This document shows positions 1 through 9,659 of a DNA stretch of 24,293 nucleotides, piece after piece. The DNA comes from Prochlorococcus sp. AG-355-B18 (lineage in GTDB: Bacteria; Cyanobacteriota; Cyanobacteriia; PCC-6307; Cyanobiaceae). The stretch covers positions 1-24,293 of the forward strand of contig QCDI01000014.1 in NCBI GenBank assembly GCA_003280965.1. The letters run 5' to 3'. A program made the position numbers and the translations under genes. Below the pieces are notes generated by a model, which saw only the letters and a list, made by a program, of their open reading frames with translations, was not told the origin of the DNA and made no database searches. Numbering within the stretch: position 1 is the stretch's first letter; every line of letters starts with the position of its first letter.

Positions 1-146
1 TAGTAGTGAAAAAAGAATTTAGTATTTTGGCTAAAATTTCAAAAGATACTTCTGCAGGAGCAGTGTTATTGGCTTCCATTAATTCTGTTATTATTGCTGT
101 ATATATTTTTGTTCCTAAAATTAAGTTGTTATTTGAATCTATATAA
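1..146 (+). CDS. dgkA: Diacylglycerol kinase family protein (DgkA/undecaprenol kinase type), 3' end only
   Basis: Manual translation from position 3: VVKKEFSILAKISKDTSAGAVLLASINSVIIAVYIFVPKIKLLFESI, with TAA at 144-146. The AKxxKDxxAGAVL motif followed by a hydrophobic helix is typical of the prokaryotic DAGK family. Truncated by the window edge. Confidence 0.8.
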   Translation, partial: VVKKEFSILAKISKDTSAGAVLLASINSVIIAVYIFVPKIKLLFESI

Positions 147-148
147 AT

Positions 149-745
149 ATGTTTCTTGTTATTGATAATTACGATAGTTTTACATATAACCTTGTTCAAT
201 ATTTAGGAGAACTTTCTGTTGAGCATGAAATAACTAGAGAATTAATAGTTAAAAGAAATGATGAAATTTCTCTAGATGAGATTATCAAACTAAATCCTAG
301 TGGCATCCTATTATCTCCAGGTCCTGGTAATCCAGATCAATCTGGAATTTGTCTGCCAATACTAAAAAAATTATCTAAAAATATCCCGACATTAGGAGTT
401 TGTTTAGGTCATCAAGCTTTGGCCCAAGCTTTTGGAGGTAAGGTTATAGTTGGGAAAGAACTTATGCATGGTAAGACATCCAAAATATTTCATAATCAAA
501 AAGGTTTGTTTAAAGATATCGAGACTCCATTTGTGGCGACTAGATATCATAGCCTTATAGTTGATTCAAGTTCATTACCAACTTGTTTCGATATAACTGC
601 GACTTTAGAAGACTCAACTATTATGGCTATTTCTCATAAAGAATATAAGCATTTACATGGAGTACAGTTTCATCCGGAAAGTGTATTGACACAATTTGGT
701 CATAAATTAATTAGTAATTTTCTGAAAATGGCTGAACAAAAGTAA
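149..745 (+). CDS. trpG: Anthranilate/aminodeoxychorismate synthase component II (class I glutamine amidotransferase, TrpG/PabA)
   Basis: IDNYDSFTYNL N-terminus, SPGPG, GVCLGHQ (catalytic Cys), RYHSL, and QFHPES (His-Glu of the triad). Confidence 0.93.
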   Translation: MFLVIDNYDSFTYNLVQYLGELSVEHEITRELIVKRNDEISLDEIIKLNPSGILLSPGPGNPDQSGICLPILKKLSKNIPTLGVCLGHQALAQAFGGKVIVGKELMHGKTSKIFHNQKGLFKDIETPFVATRYHSLIVDSSSLPTCFDITATLEDSTIMAISHKEYKHLHGVQFHPESVLTQFGHKLISNFLKMAEQK

Positions 746-765
746 AATATAAAAAAATTAATATT

Positions 766-1491
766 ATGATTTCTCAAATTAAAAACATTTTCTTTTTAGT
801 ATTATTTAGCTCTTTCTTACCTACCCCATTATTGGCAAGTAATTTAGTAATAAAAAGTCTTGGACATAGTAGTTTTTTAATTAATAGTAAAGAAAAATCG
901 ATTCTTATAAATCCCTTTAAAGCAATAGGTTGTGCAAGCAATTTAAAGGAGCCCAAAGAAGTCAATGCAGATTTTATTTTGGCTAGTTCTAGGCTTCCAG
1001 ATGAAGGATATAATCCTAATGATCAATTAATGTTTGTTAAGCCAGGAGTCTATCAATTTGAGGATATTTTATTAAATGGGATTTCCGTCCCACATGACAG
1101 AGTAGATGGAAGAAGATTTGGGATGGCGACTGTTTGGAGTTGGGAGCAGAATGATCTTAAAATTGTTCACATGGGAGGCGCTGCTGGTGATATTGATATT
1201 AATAGTCAAATTATTTTGTCTCGCCCAGATATCTTATTTATTTCAATTGGAGGAGGAATAAAATCTTATGATGGGCAAGAGGCTTCAAGAATCGTAAAGC
1301 TTCTAAAACCTAATGTAGTTATTCCTGTTCACTTTTCTCGTGGCAAAAAAATTAATAAAGAATGTGATTTCTCAAATGCTGATTTATTTATCGAAAATAT
1401 GAAAGATTTTAAAGTAAAGTATGTTGGGAAAGACTTTCAAATAAAACCGAAAAGAGTCGATCAAAATACAATTTATATTTTTGGTAATTAA
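766..1491 (+). CDS. MBL-fold (Zn-dependent hydrolase-like) protein with probable signal peptide
   Basis: LGHSSFLI, INPF, VPHD, IVHMG, PDIL and VIPVH motifs fit the metallo-beta-lactamase fold. Hydrophobic N-terminus ending LLA. The HxHxDH motif is degenerate. Confidence 0.75.
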   Translation: MISQIKNIFFLVLFSSFLPTPLLASNLVIKSLGHSSFLINSKEKSILINPFKAIGCASNLKEPKEVNADFILASSRLPDEGYNPNDQLMFVKPGVYQFEDILLNGISVPHDRVDGRRFGMATVWSWEQNDLKIVHMGGAAGDIDINSQIILSRPDILFISIGGGIKSYDGQEASRIVKLLKPNVVIPVHFSRGKKINKECDFSNADLFIENMKDFKVKYVGKDFQIKPKRVDQNTIYIFGN

Positions 1492-2597
1492 TTTATTAAA
1501 TCTAAGACCTTGTAATTGTCCCAGAAAAAAATCATTTGTTCTTTAGTTCCAATACTAACCCTTATTGACTTACCAATATCTTTTTTATTTTCCATACTTC
1601 TGATAAGAATACCTTTTTCTCTCATCTGTTGTATTAAAATTTTAGGATCTTTTTTTGGCCAAATTAAGAAATAATTACCCCCACTAAAGTGAGTTCTGAT
1701 TTTTGTTGATTTAAATTTATTAAAAATCCATTCCCTTGCTTTTTTTACTTCTAAAACATAATTATCAATATATGATTTTTCTTTAAGTGCTGCTAATGCT
1801 GCCGTTATAGCAAAGCTATTTACATCATATGGTCCTGTAACTTTATTAATGTAATTAATTAAATTTTTATTGCCAAAAGTAAAGCCTATTCTCAAACCAG
1901 CTAGACCAGCTGTTTTTGAGAGAGATTGGATTATTAGTATATTGTTATTCTTTTTAAAATCTATCGCTTCAAGAAGACTATCTCCATTAAATTTTTCATA
2001 TAGTTCATCAACAATTATCAATGAATCTTTTTTGATATTTGCTAAGTTAATAATCTCTTGAGCACTTAAAACTGTTCCTGTTGGATTATTTGGATTACAA
2101 ATAAATATTAACTTTGGATTATAATTTATAATTTTTTCACTAAATTCTTCGATGGGAAAGAGAAAATTTTCTCCAATGTAAGAACAAGTTATTTTCTTCA
2201 TTCCTCGCATTTCTGAACAAGGAGAATAGTAACCAAAAGTTGGATTCGTGGTTAGAAATATTTGATCTTTTTCTCCAAAGCAATTGAAAATTGCATTTAT
2301 TGCTGCGTCAGCTCCATTGAAAATGCCTATTTCATCATTATCAAATTTTCTTGAATCAAGATAGTTATTACATAAAAAATTTTTTAAAAAATTATATTCT
2401 GGATAAATTGAAATCTCTTCTAATTTTATGGCTTGTAATGCCTCTAAAACATTAGGACTTGGACCTAGAGTATTTTCATTAAAGTCTAAGCGGAGTAAAT
2501 TTCTTCTATTTTCTAAAGGTGCAGAGTAAGACTGCATATTTATTATTTCTTCTCTTGGTTTTGGGAAAAGATTATTTAATTGATCAAAATCATTCAT
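1488..2597 (-). CDS. hisC: Histidinol-phosphate aminotransferase-like PLP enzyme (class II)
   Basis: RLDFNEN, NGADAAI, CNPNNPTG, VDELY, and SLSKTAGLAGLRIG with the PLP lysine. Start overlaps the argS stop by 1 nt (TAATG). Confidence 0.8.
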   Translation of the reverse strand: MNDFDQLNNLFPKPREEIINMQSYSAPLENRRNLLRLDFNENTLGPSPNVLEALQAIKLEEISIYPEYNFLKNFLCNNYLDSRKFDNDEIGIFNGADAAINAIFNCFGEKDQIFLTTNPTFGYYSPCSEMRGMKKITCSYIGENFLFPIEEFSEKIINYNPKLIFICNPNNPTGTVLSAQEIINLANIKKDSLIIVDELYEKFNGDSLLEAIDFKKNNNILIIQSLSKTAGLAGLRIGFTFGNKNLINYINKVTGPYDVNSFAITAALAALKEKSYIDNYVLEVKKAREWIFNKFKSTKIRTHFSGGNYFLIWPKKDPKILIQQMREKGILIRSMENKKDIGKSIRVSIGTKEQMIFFWDNYKVLDLIN

Positions 2598-4411
2598 TAC
2601 ATTCTTTCTAAAGTTTCAATTCCTAGAAGTTCTAAGCTTAATTTTAGTGTTTTTGCAGTTAGATCACATAAATTAAGTCTAGAAATTTTTATATATTTTT
2701 CTTCTTTGAGTATTGGAACTTGATCATAGAATCTATTAAAAGTCTGACATAGCTCAAACAGATAATTGCATAATCTATTTGGCATTAAGTCTTTTTCAAT
2801 AGATATTATGACTTCATCAAACTTAAGTAATTTTCTGATAAGTTTCCATTCAGATTTATGATCATAATTTATGCATTGGAAATCTTTAGAGTGATAAACA
2901 AAATCATTTTTTCTTTTAATTCCTGCAATTCTTACAATTGTATATAACAAATAAGGAGCTGTATTACCATTTAGGGAAAGCATTTTATCAAAACTAAATT
3001 GATAATTAGTAATCCTATTTTGGCTTAAATCTGCATACTTAACAGCTCCTAATCCAATGATTCTTGAAGTATTTGCAATAAAATCTTCTGTTTCATAACG
3101 ATTTTCATCTTCTAATCTTTTCAATAAATCTTCTTTTGCCCTTCTAACTGCTTCTTTTAATAAATCTTTTAAACGTATTGTTTCACCTTCCCTTGTCTTT
3201 AGTTTTTTGCCATCAATTCCTTGAACTAAACCAAAAGGGACATGGTCTACTTGGCAATTGTCTGGGATCCATTTTGCTTTTTTTGCAACTTGAAAAACTC
3301 CAGCAAAATGATTTGCTTGTCCATGATCAGTTACATAAATGATTCTCGAAGCATCATCCCCATTAGGAGGTTTATTGAATCTGTATCTTATAGCAGCAAG
3401 ATCTGTGGTGGCATAGTTAAAACCTCCATCTTTTTTTTGAATAATTAGCGGTAAAGGTTTGCCTTCTTTATTAGTCATCCCATCTAAAAATACACATTTT
3501 GCTCCTTGATCTTCTACTAATATTTTTTTTAAATTCAAATCCTCAATAACGGATTTTAAGAAGGGATTATAAAAAGATTCACCTCTTTCTTCTATTTTTA
3601 TTTTTAAATTTTTATAGATTTCATCAAATTCTTTTCTAGATTGATCACATAATAATTTCCAAGCTTTAATTGATTTAATATCTCCACTTTGTAACTTAAC
3701 TACTTCCTCTCTAGATCTTTTTTGGAATTCAGATTCATTATCAAATCTTTTTTTTGATTCTTTATAAAATTCAACTAAATCGCTTATCTTAATTTTGCCT
3801 ATCTCCTCTAAATCATTTGAATATAAATCTTTGAGCTGAGTAATAAGCATTCCAAATTGTGTTCCCCAATCGCCAACATGATTTAGTCTTAATACTTGAT
3901 AACCTCTTAACTCGAAAATTCTGGATATTGAGTCTCCTATTATTGTTGATCTTAAATGCCCTACATGCATTTCTTTAGCAATATTAGGACTAGAAAAATC
4001 TACAATGATTTTATTTGATAAGCCACTATCTAAATCTTTTTTTATTTGAGGTACTCCACCCCTCTGGCATTGAATATTTGATTTAATTTCATTTATTAGA
4101 ACTTCATCTTTTAATTTTATATTTATAAATCCAGGCCCAGCTATTGTTAGACTCTTACATAATTTTGATATGCTTTTATTTTTTTTTAAAAGGTTAATAA
4201 AATCATTAGAAATATCTCTTGGGTTCTTTTTGTATATTTTAGATAAACTTAAACAAACATTACATTGATAATCACCAAATTCCTCTTTTGATGATTGTGT
4301 AATTAAATTTTTTCTAAGAATTTCGAATTCTCCTTTTTTATCATTTTTTTCAAGACTATCTAAAAGAGATTGTTCAAATTGTTTTGTTAATTCTTTAAAA
4401 ATGATTAGCAT
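2597..4411 (-). CDS. argS: Arginine--tRNA ligase
   Basis: [37 protein letters not shown] (HIGH-like), [16 protein letters not shown], and the C-terminal LGIETLERM. Confidence 0.98.
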   Translation of the reverse strand: MLIIFKELTKQFEQSLLDSLEKNDKKGEFEILRKNLITQSSKEEFGDYQCNVCLSLSKIYKKNPRDISNDFINLLKKNKSISKLCKSLTIAGPGFINIKLKDEVLINEIKSNIQCQRGGVPQIKKDLDSGLSNKIIVDFSSPNIAKEMHVGHLRSTIIGDSISRIFELRGYQVLRLNHVGDWGTQFGMLITQLKDLYSNDLEEIGKIKISDLVEFYKESKKRFDNESEFQKRSREEVVKLQSGDIKSIKAWKLLCDQSRKEFDEIYKNLKIKIEERGESFYNPFLKSVIEDLNLKKILVEDQGAKCVFLDGMTNKEGKPLPLIIQKKDGGFNYATTDLAAIRYRFNKPPNGDDASRIIYVTDHGQANHFAGVFQVAKKAKWIPDNCQVDHVPFGLVQGIDGKKLKTREGETIRLKDLLKEAVRRAKEDLLKRLEDENRYETEDFIANTSRIIGLGAVKYADLSQNRITNYQFSFDKMLSLNGNTAPYLLYTIVRIAGIKRKNDFVYHSKDFQCINYDHKSEWKLIRKLLKFDEVIISIEKDLMPNRLCNYLFELCQTFNRFYDQVPILKEEKYIKISRLNLCDLTAKTLKLSLELLGIETLERM

Positions 4412-4438
4412 TAATTATTCAATTATTTATCTATATAA

Positions 4439-5305
4439 TTAATTAATATAACGCATACTCAAATCAATCCAATTACTTTTGGTGATTGAAGAACTTGTTG
4501 AAATCAAATCAATACCTTTTATTAGATATTTACTAATTTCTTCAGGGTTAATTCCAGAAACTTCTATTATTAAATTTTTATTGACTTCTTTTTTTAAGCT
4601 ATTCATTGATAAATCTTTTAATTCTTGAACGTTTTTTTTGATTATTTCAGGGCTAAGTTCATCCAATAAGACACTATCTGCTCCTGCTAATACTGCTTCT
4701 TTTGCTTGTTCGATATTCTCAGCTTCAATTATGATATGAGTTGTGAAAGGCGAATTTAGTCGAATTTTTTTTACTGTATTATTAAGATTATCTGTCCATG
4801 CGATGTGATTTTCTTTTATCATTGCTGCGTCGTATAATCCCATTCTATGATTCACTCCACCTCCACATTTGAATGCATATTTTTCAAATATTCTTAAGCC
4901 AGGAGTAGTTTTCCTAGTATCTGCTAATTTTATATTTGTACCTTCTAACTTATTTACAAGATTCTTTGTATATGTTGATATTCCAGATAAATGCATTGCT
5001 ATATTCAAGCCTATTCTTTCACTAGCTAGCAAACTTTTTGAAGGTCCATACATTTCCAGGAGTTTTTGATCTTTAACAAATTGATCTCCATCAGAGATAT
5101 TAAATTTTGAACTGATTTTTAAATCAATTTTTTTAAAAATTTCTTTTATAATTTCGACACCACAAAATATACCGCCTTCTTTTGCAATCCAATATGCATT
5201 ACCATTCTCCTCCGTAATAGAAGGACTTGTAAGATCTCCCCTTCCTATATCTTCATCGATCCAATTATCAATGATCTTACTTATTGTTGGAGTATTAAGA
5301 TCCAC
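4439..5305 (-). CDS. nadC: Quinolinate phosphoribosyltransferase (nicotinate-nucleotide diphosphorylase, carboxylating)
   Basis: EDIGRGDLT, DTRKTTPGLR, GGGVNHRMGLYD, IKENHI and VLLDE motifs. GTG start. Confidence 0.96.
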   Translation of the reverse strand: MDLNTPTISKIIDNWIDEDIGRGDLTSPSITEENGNAYWIAKEGGIFCGVEIIKEIFKKIDLKISSKFNISDGDQFVKDQKLLEMYGPSKSLLASERIGLNIAMHLSGISTYTKNLVNKLEGTNIKLADTRKTTPGLRIFEKYAFKCGGGVNHRMGLYDAAMIKENHIAWTDNLNNTVKKIRLNSPFTTHIIIEAENIEQAKEAVLAGADSVLLDELSPEIIKKNVQELKDLSMNSLKKEVNKNLIIEVSGINPEEISKYLIKGIDLISTSSSITKSNWIDLSMRYIN

Positions 5306-5383
5306 TAAACAAAAAAATAATTAATTAAAATTCAACTGAAGTTAAAGAATTAACTATAAATCACTATGTAATTTAACTCAAAT

Positions 5384-6766
5384 TTATTTACCAATACAAA
5401 ACTTAGAAAAAATATTATCCAGAAGCTCCTCTGTTAATTCTTGACCAGTTATTTTAGATAAGTTTTGAATTCCATCTCTAAGTTCTATTGATAACAAATC
5501 AAATGGCAATTTATTTTTAACTATTGCATCAGAATCATTTAAATTAGATAAGCAAGCAGACAAATTCTTTAGATGTCTTTCGTTTAAAAATATATTGATA
5601 TTTTCTAATTGTTTTAATCCGCATTTTTTTATTATTGTGTCTATTAATAATCTTTCACCATCATTATTCTTAATGCTCATAAGAATTTCGTTTTTTAACC
5701 CATTTGAATTAATATTTTTAGAATCAATTAAATCTTTTTTATTACCCACAATAGTAATTAATTTTTCTTTGGGGATTTCTTTTATTATTTTTTTGTCTTC
5801 TTCATTAAATCCTTCTTCAAGACTATAAATATAAATTATAAAATCTGACTCTTTAATTTTCCCGAAACTTTTTTTAATTCCAATACTTTCAATTTGTTCA
5901 TGAGTTTCTCTTATGCCAGCAGTATCAATTATTTTCATTGGGATGTCATTAATAGTTAAATTCACTTCAATTACATCTCTTGTCGTTCCAGGAATATTAG
6001 TTACGATTGCTTTCTCTTTTTTTGAAAGCAAATTTAGTAAAGAACTTTTACCAACATTTGTTTTACCTATAAGCGCAATGGATATCCCATTATGAATATA
6101 TGAATTTCTTTTTGAATTATCTATAAGTAACTCTATTTTTTCTTTCACTTTATTAATGTTTTTTAGATATTTGGTGTAATCAAAATCTGTGAAGTCTTCT
6201 TCAAAATCAACTCTCGCTTCTATCTCACAAAGCTGATTTATAAGGTCATTTTTAATATCATCAATTTTTTTCTTTATTTCTCCTTGAACCCCGCCAAAAG
6301 CTAACTCTGCTGATCTGATATTGCTTGCGTTAATTAATTGATTAATTGACTCCGCTTGAGTAAGGTCTATTTTCCCATTAAGAAAAGCTCTTTGACTAAA
6401 TTCTCCTGGATTTGCAAGTCTCACTCTAGAATTACTTGATAATAATATCTCGAGAACTTTATTTACTAAGATAATTCCTCCATGGCAATGTAGTTCAACA
6501 ACATCCTCTCCTGTAAAACTATTTGGTGATCTCATCACTAAAATTAAGACCTCATCTATAAATTTATTTTGTTTATTTTCCTGAATAAAACCGTGAAAAA
6601 CTCTATGTGTTTCCCATGCATATTTTGATTTAGTTTGAACAATCTTTTTGCAGGAATTTATTGAGTCTTTTCCTGATACTCTTATTATCGCAACTCCCCC
6701 TTTCCCTATACTTATAGCTGAAGCAATTGCAGCTATCGTATCTTCAGTAGTAACTATCGAATCCAT
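5384..6766 (-). CDS. mnmE: tRNA modification GTPase MnmE (TrmE)
   Basis: [42 protein letters not shown], GxxNVGKSS, GTTRD, DTAG, NKKD, and C-terminal FCIGK. Confidence 0.98.
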   Translation of the reverse strand: MDSIVTTEDTIAAIASAISIGKGGVAIIRVSGKDSINSCKKIVQTKSKYAWETHRVFHGFIQENKQNKFIDEVLILVMRSPNSFTGEDVVELHCHGGIILVNKVLEILLSSNSRVRLANPGEFSQRAFLNGKIDLTQAESINQLINASNIRSAELAFGGVQGEIKKKIDDIKNDLINQLCEIEARVDFEEDFTDFDYTKYLKNINKVKEKIELLIDNSKRNSYIHNGISIALIGKTNVGKSSLLNLLSKKEKAIVTNIPGTTRDVIEVNLTINDIPMKIIDTAGIRETHEQIESIGIKKSFGKIKESDFIIYIYSLEEGFNEEDKKIIKEIPKEKLITIVGNKKDLIDSKNINSNGLKNEILMSIKNNDGERLLIDTIIKKCGLKQLENINIFLNERHLKNLSACLSNLNDSDAIVKNKLPFDLLSIELRDGIQNLSKITGQELTEELLDNIFSKFCIGK

Positions 6767-6832
6767 CTCTCGCTTTGTTATAGATAATTAAGTAAGATAA
6801 TCAAGAATTTAATTTTGAATTTTTCTTTCTGA

Positions 6833-7276
6833 ATGAGATCTAAAAGAGATATTAAACATAAGAAAATTCTATCATTATTTAGGAACCAGAATGGAAGTCC
6901 GTTCTTCAATGCTAAAGGTTTAGCTATAGGGGTATTTAGTGGCTGCTTTCCTTTTTTTGGGTTTCAGACTCTAATAGGAGTATTTTTTGCAAAACTAGCC
7001 AAGGGAAATGTTCTTTTAGCTGCAATTGGTACCTGGATCAGCAATCCCTTTACTTATATACCTCTTTATTATTTAAACTATAAAGTTGGTTCGATTTTTT
7101 TTAATACTTCTTCTAATGAAATTATTGAAAAAAGTTTGGTAATTAATGACTTATGGAAACAAAGTAGAATTTTTTCCTTAAAATTACTCTTAGGCTCATC
7201 TTGTGTTGGTTTTTTATTAGCTTTGATATGCGGCAGTATTGTTTTCTTTATCTACAAGATAAAAAATAAAAGATAG
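6833..7276 (+). CDS. DUF2062-like membrane protein
   Basis: SP..AKGLAIGVFSGCFPFFGFQT and WISNPFTYIPLY motifs with several hydrophobic segments. Confidence 0.8.
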   Translation: MRSKRDIKHKKILSLFRNQNGSPFFNAKGLAIGVFSGCFPFFGFQTLIGVFFAKLAKGNVLLAAIGTWISNPFTYIPLYYLNYKVGSIFFNTSSNEIIEKSLVINDLWKQSRIFSLKLLLGSSCVGFLLALICGSIVFFIYKIKNKR

Positions 7277-7294
7277 ATTGATCCGATTTTAAAA

Positions 7295-9604
7295 TTAACT
7301 TTGTCCAACTCTGGCTATATCTAAAACATCTGCCATTGATTTAATTTGGTCAATTGTTTTATGAAGTTGATTATAACTTTCTAGACCTACGCAGAGATTA
7401 ATAATAGCTGGTTTGCCATAAGTAGTTTTAACATTGGCATCGCTAACATTTATACCTTTATCAGATAACCGCATAAGAATATCTTTAAGTACTCCAACTC
7501 TATCAATTACTTCTATTCGGAGCTGAATTGGGAACTTATTATCGCCAGTTTTATTATCTTGATTCCAACCAACAGGTAATCTTCTCTCGATTGGAATTGG
7601 TATTACATTTTCACAATCTGCCCTATGTATGGTTATACCGTGGTTGCCGAGCGAAACAGTTCCGATAATATCCTCGCCTGGAAGTGGGGAACAGCATTTA
7701 CCTATTCTGTAATCAAGACCTTCTATCCCAGAAATTGGTGATTTGGTCGTTGTATAAGGTTTATTGGTGGATAAATTACTATTACTTTTTAGAGATTTTG
7801 CTATTTCAGAATCAGAATCATTTTTAATATCCTCTGTCTGTAATTTTATTTCTTCTCTTAGTCTGTTTAATACTTGATGTAAAGTTAGGCCTCCAAAACC
7901 AAGTGATGCAAGAAGGTCTTCAGTATTTTTTAAATTGCATCGATTCGCAACTTTTTTCATAGCATCACTAGAAAGTAATGTTTCAAAACCATTTCGACCT
8001 ACTTCTTTTTCGAGTAAATCTCTACCTCTTTTAATCGTCTCATCCCTATGACTTTTCTTATACCATTGGCGGATTCTATTTTTAGCAGTTGGCGTAACTA
8101 CAAAGTTCAGCCAATCTAAGCTTGGAGTGGCATTATTATTTGTCAAAATTTCTATAAAGTCACCATTTTGAAGTGCTGTAGATAATGGAGAAAGCTTTTC
8201 ATTAATTCTTATTCCATTACAATGATTTCCAACTTCAGAATGAATTCTGTAGGCGAAATCTATTGCAGTAGATCCTTTTCTTAAACCAACAACATCTCCT
8301 TTTGGAGTGATAACAAATACTTCTTCATCAAATAAATCTTCTTTAATTGAAGCTAAATAATCATTATGATCCCCTTCATTGCCTTCTTGTTGCCATTCAA
8401 CTAGTTGTCTTAACCAATTAAACCTTTCGGCATTGCTTTTGGCAGGAGAACCACCCTCTTTATATTGCCAATGAGCGGCGATACCATATTCTGCAATTTG
8501 ATGCATGGAAGTAGTTCTGATTTGAACTTCAATTGGTCGATGTCTTCCAATCACTGAAGTATGTAGGGACTGATATCCGTTGGGTTTTGGTAATCCTATA
8601 TAGTCTTTAAATCTGCCTGGAATTGGTTTGAAAGTATCATGTACAACCGCTAAAGCTCTATAACAACTATCTGAATTGTCAACGATAATTCTTAAAGCAG
8701 CAACATCATAAATTTCATGGAACTGTTTTTGCTGTCTTTGCATTTTGCTCCAGATGCCATAAAGATGTTTTGGTCTTCCAGTTATTTCGAAGTTTTTTAA
8801 ACCCGCTGAGACTAGATTTTCTTTCATAAGATTGAGAGTTACTTTTAACCTTTTTTCTCTATCACTCCTTTTAACAGCGATTTGATCTTTTAGATCTTGA
8901 AATTCTCTAGGCTCTAGAAATTTAAACGCTAAATCCTCTAATTCCCATTTAAATCTATTTATTCCTAATCGATTGGCTAAAGGTGCATAAATCTCTCTTG
9001 TTTCTCTCGCTATTCTTTGTTTTCTCTCATCATTGAGCCATTCAATTGTTCTCATGTTATGAAGTCGATCTGCCAGTTTTACTAAAACAACTCTTATATC
9101 GCTTGCCATAGCCATAAACATTTTTCTAAGATTTTCAGCCTGTGCTTCAGTCCTGTTATTAAAGTGAATACCTCCTAATTTTGTTACACCCTCTACAAGT
9201 ATTTTTACTTCTAATCCAAAATTTGCTTCTATTTCCGATAAATCAATGCCTGTATCTTCAACAACATCATGTAAAAGTCCTGCAGCAACCACAGATGAAC
9301 TAGCCCCTATTTCTTTGAGAAGATTTGCTACAGCCACTGGGTGAATAATATAAGGTTCACCACTTGCACGAAGTTGTCCTGCATGAGCTTTATATGCAAG
9401 TTTAAAGGCCTTTACAATAAGGTTTTGATTTTCATTTTTTATGTTATTTGAATTTTCGTAATTATTAATATCTTTAATAAGCCAATCCGGGATTTTTATC
9501 TCATAATTCAAAGATTCACTTTCATATTTTTCATTTTCAGGCAAAATAGTTTTGGAAACTTCAATTTCTTTTTTTTCTTTTGAATTTGCAGCTGCCTCAG
9601 ACAT
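7295..9604 (-). CDS. spoT: Bifunctional (p)ppGpp synthetase/hydrolase (long RSH, Rel/SpoT)
   Basis: HD domain (RASGEPYIIHP, LLHDVVED), synthetase (RFKDY, NGYQSLHT, EVQIRT), TGS (DFAYRIHSEVG), CC region (KCCSPLPG) and ACT domain (DRVGVL). Confidence 0.97.
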   Translation of the reverse strand: MSEAAANSKEKKEIEVSKTILPENEKYESESLNYEIKIPDWLIKDINNYENSNNIKNENQNLIVKAFKLAYKAHAGQLRASGEPYIIHPVAVANLLKEIGASSSVVAAGLLHDVVEDTGIDLSEIEANFGLEVKILVEGVTKLGGIHFNNRTEAQAENLRKMFMAMASDIRVVLVKLADRLHNMRTIEWLNDERKQRIARETREIYAPLANRLGINRFKWELEDLAFKFLEPREFQDLKDQIAVKRSDREKRLKVTLNLMKENLVSAGLKNFEITGRPKHLYGIWSKMQRQQKQFHEIYDVAALRIIVDNSDSCYRALAVVHDTFKPIPGRFKDYIGLPKPNGYQSLHTSVIGRHRPIEVQIRTTSMHQIAEYGIAAHWQYKEGGSPAKSNAERFNWLRQLVEWQQEGNEGDHNDYLASIKEDLFDEEVFVITPKGDVVGLRKGSTAIDFAYRIHSEVGNHCNGIRINEKLSPLSTALQNGDFIEILTNNNATPSLDWLNFVVTPTAKNRIRQWYKKSHRDETIKRGRDLLEKEVGRNGFETLLSSDAMKKVANRCNLKNTEDLLASLGFGGLTLHQVLNRLREEIKLQTEDIKNDSDSEIAKSLKSNSNLSTNKPYTTTKSPISGIEGLDYRIGKCCSPLPGEDIIGTVSLGNHGITIHRADCENVIPIPIERRLPVGWNQDNKTGDNKFPIQLRIEVIDRVGVLKDILMRLSDKGINVSDANVKTTYGKPAIINLCVGLESYNQLHKTIDQIKSMADVLDIARVGQS

Positions 9605-9659
9605 TTTATATTGCTTTAGATTTATTTTATTTAGGACTCGAAAAATTTGCTATAAAGTC

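Noticed and set aside
4179..4187. T9 homopolymer in argS and similar A/T runs elsewhere
   Set aside because: Expected in AT-rich, Lys-rich genes. Reading frames are intact and there is no sign of phase variation.
9552..9659. N-terminal extension of the ABC ATPase ORF from TTG 9552
   Set aside because: It overlaps the spoT start on the opposite strand. ATG 9660 gives a normal NBD start.
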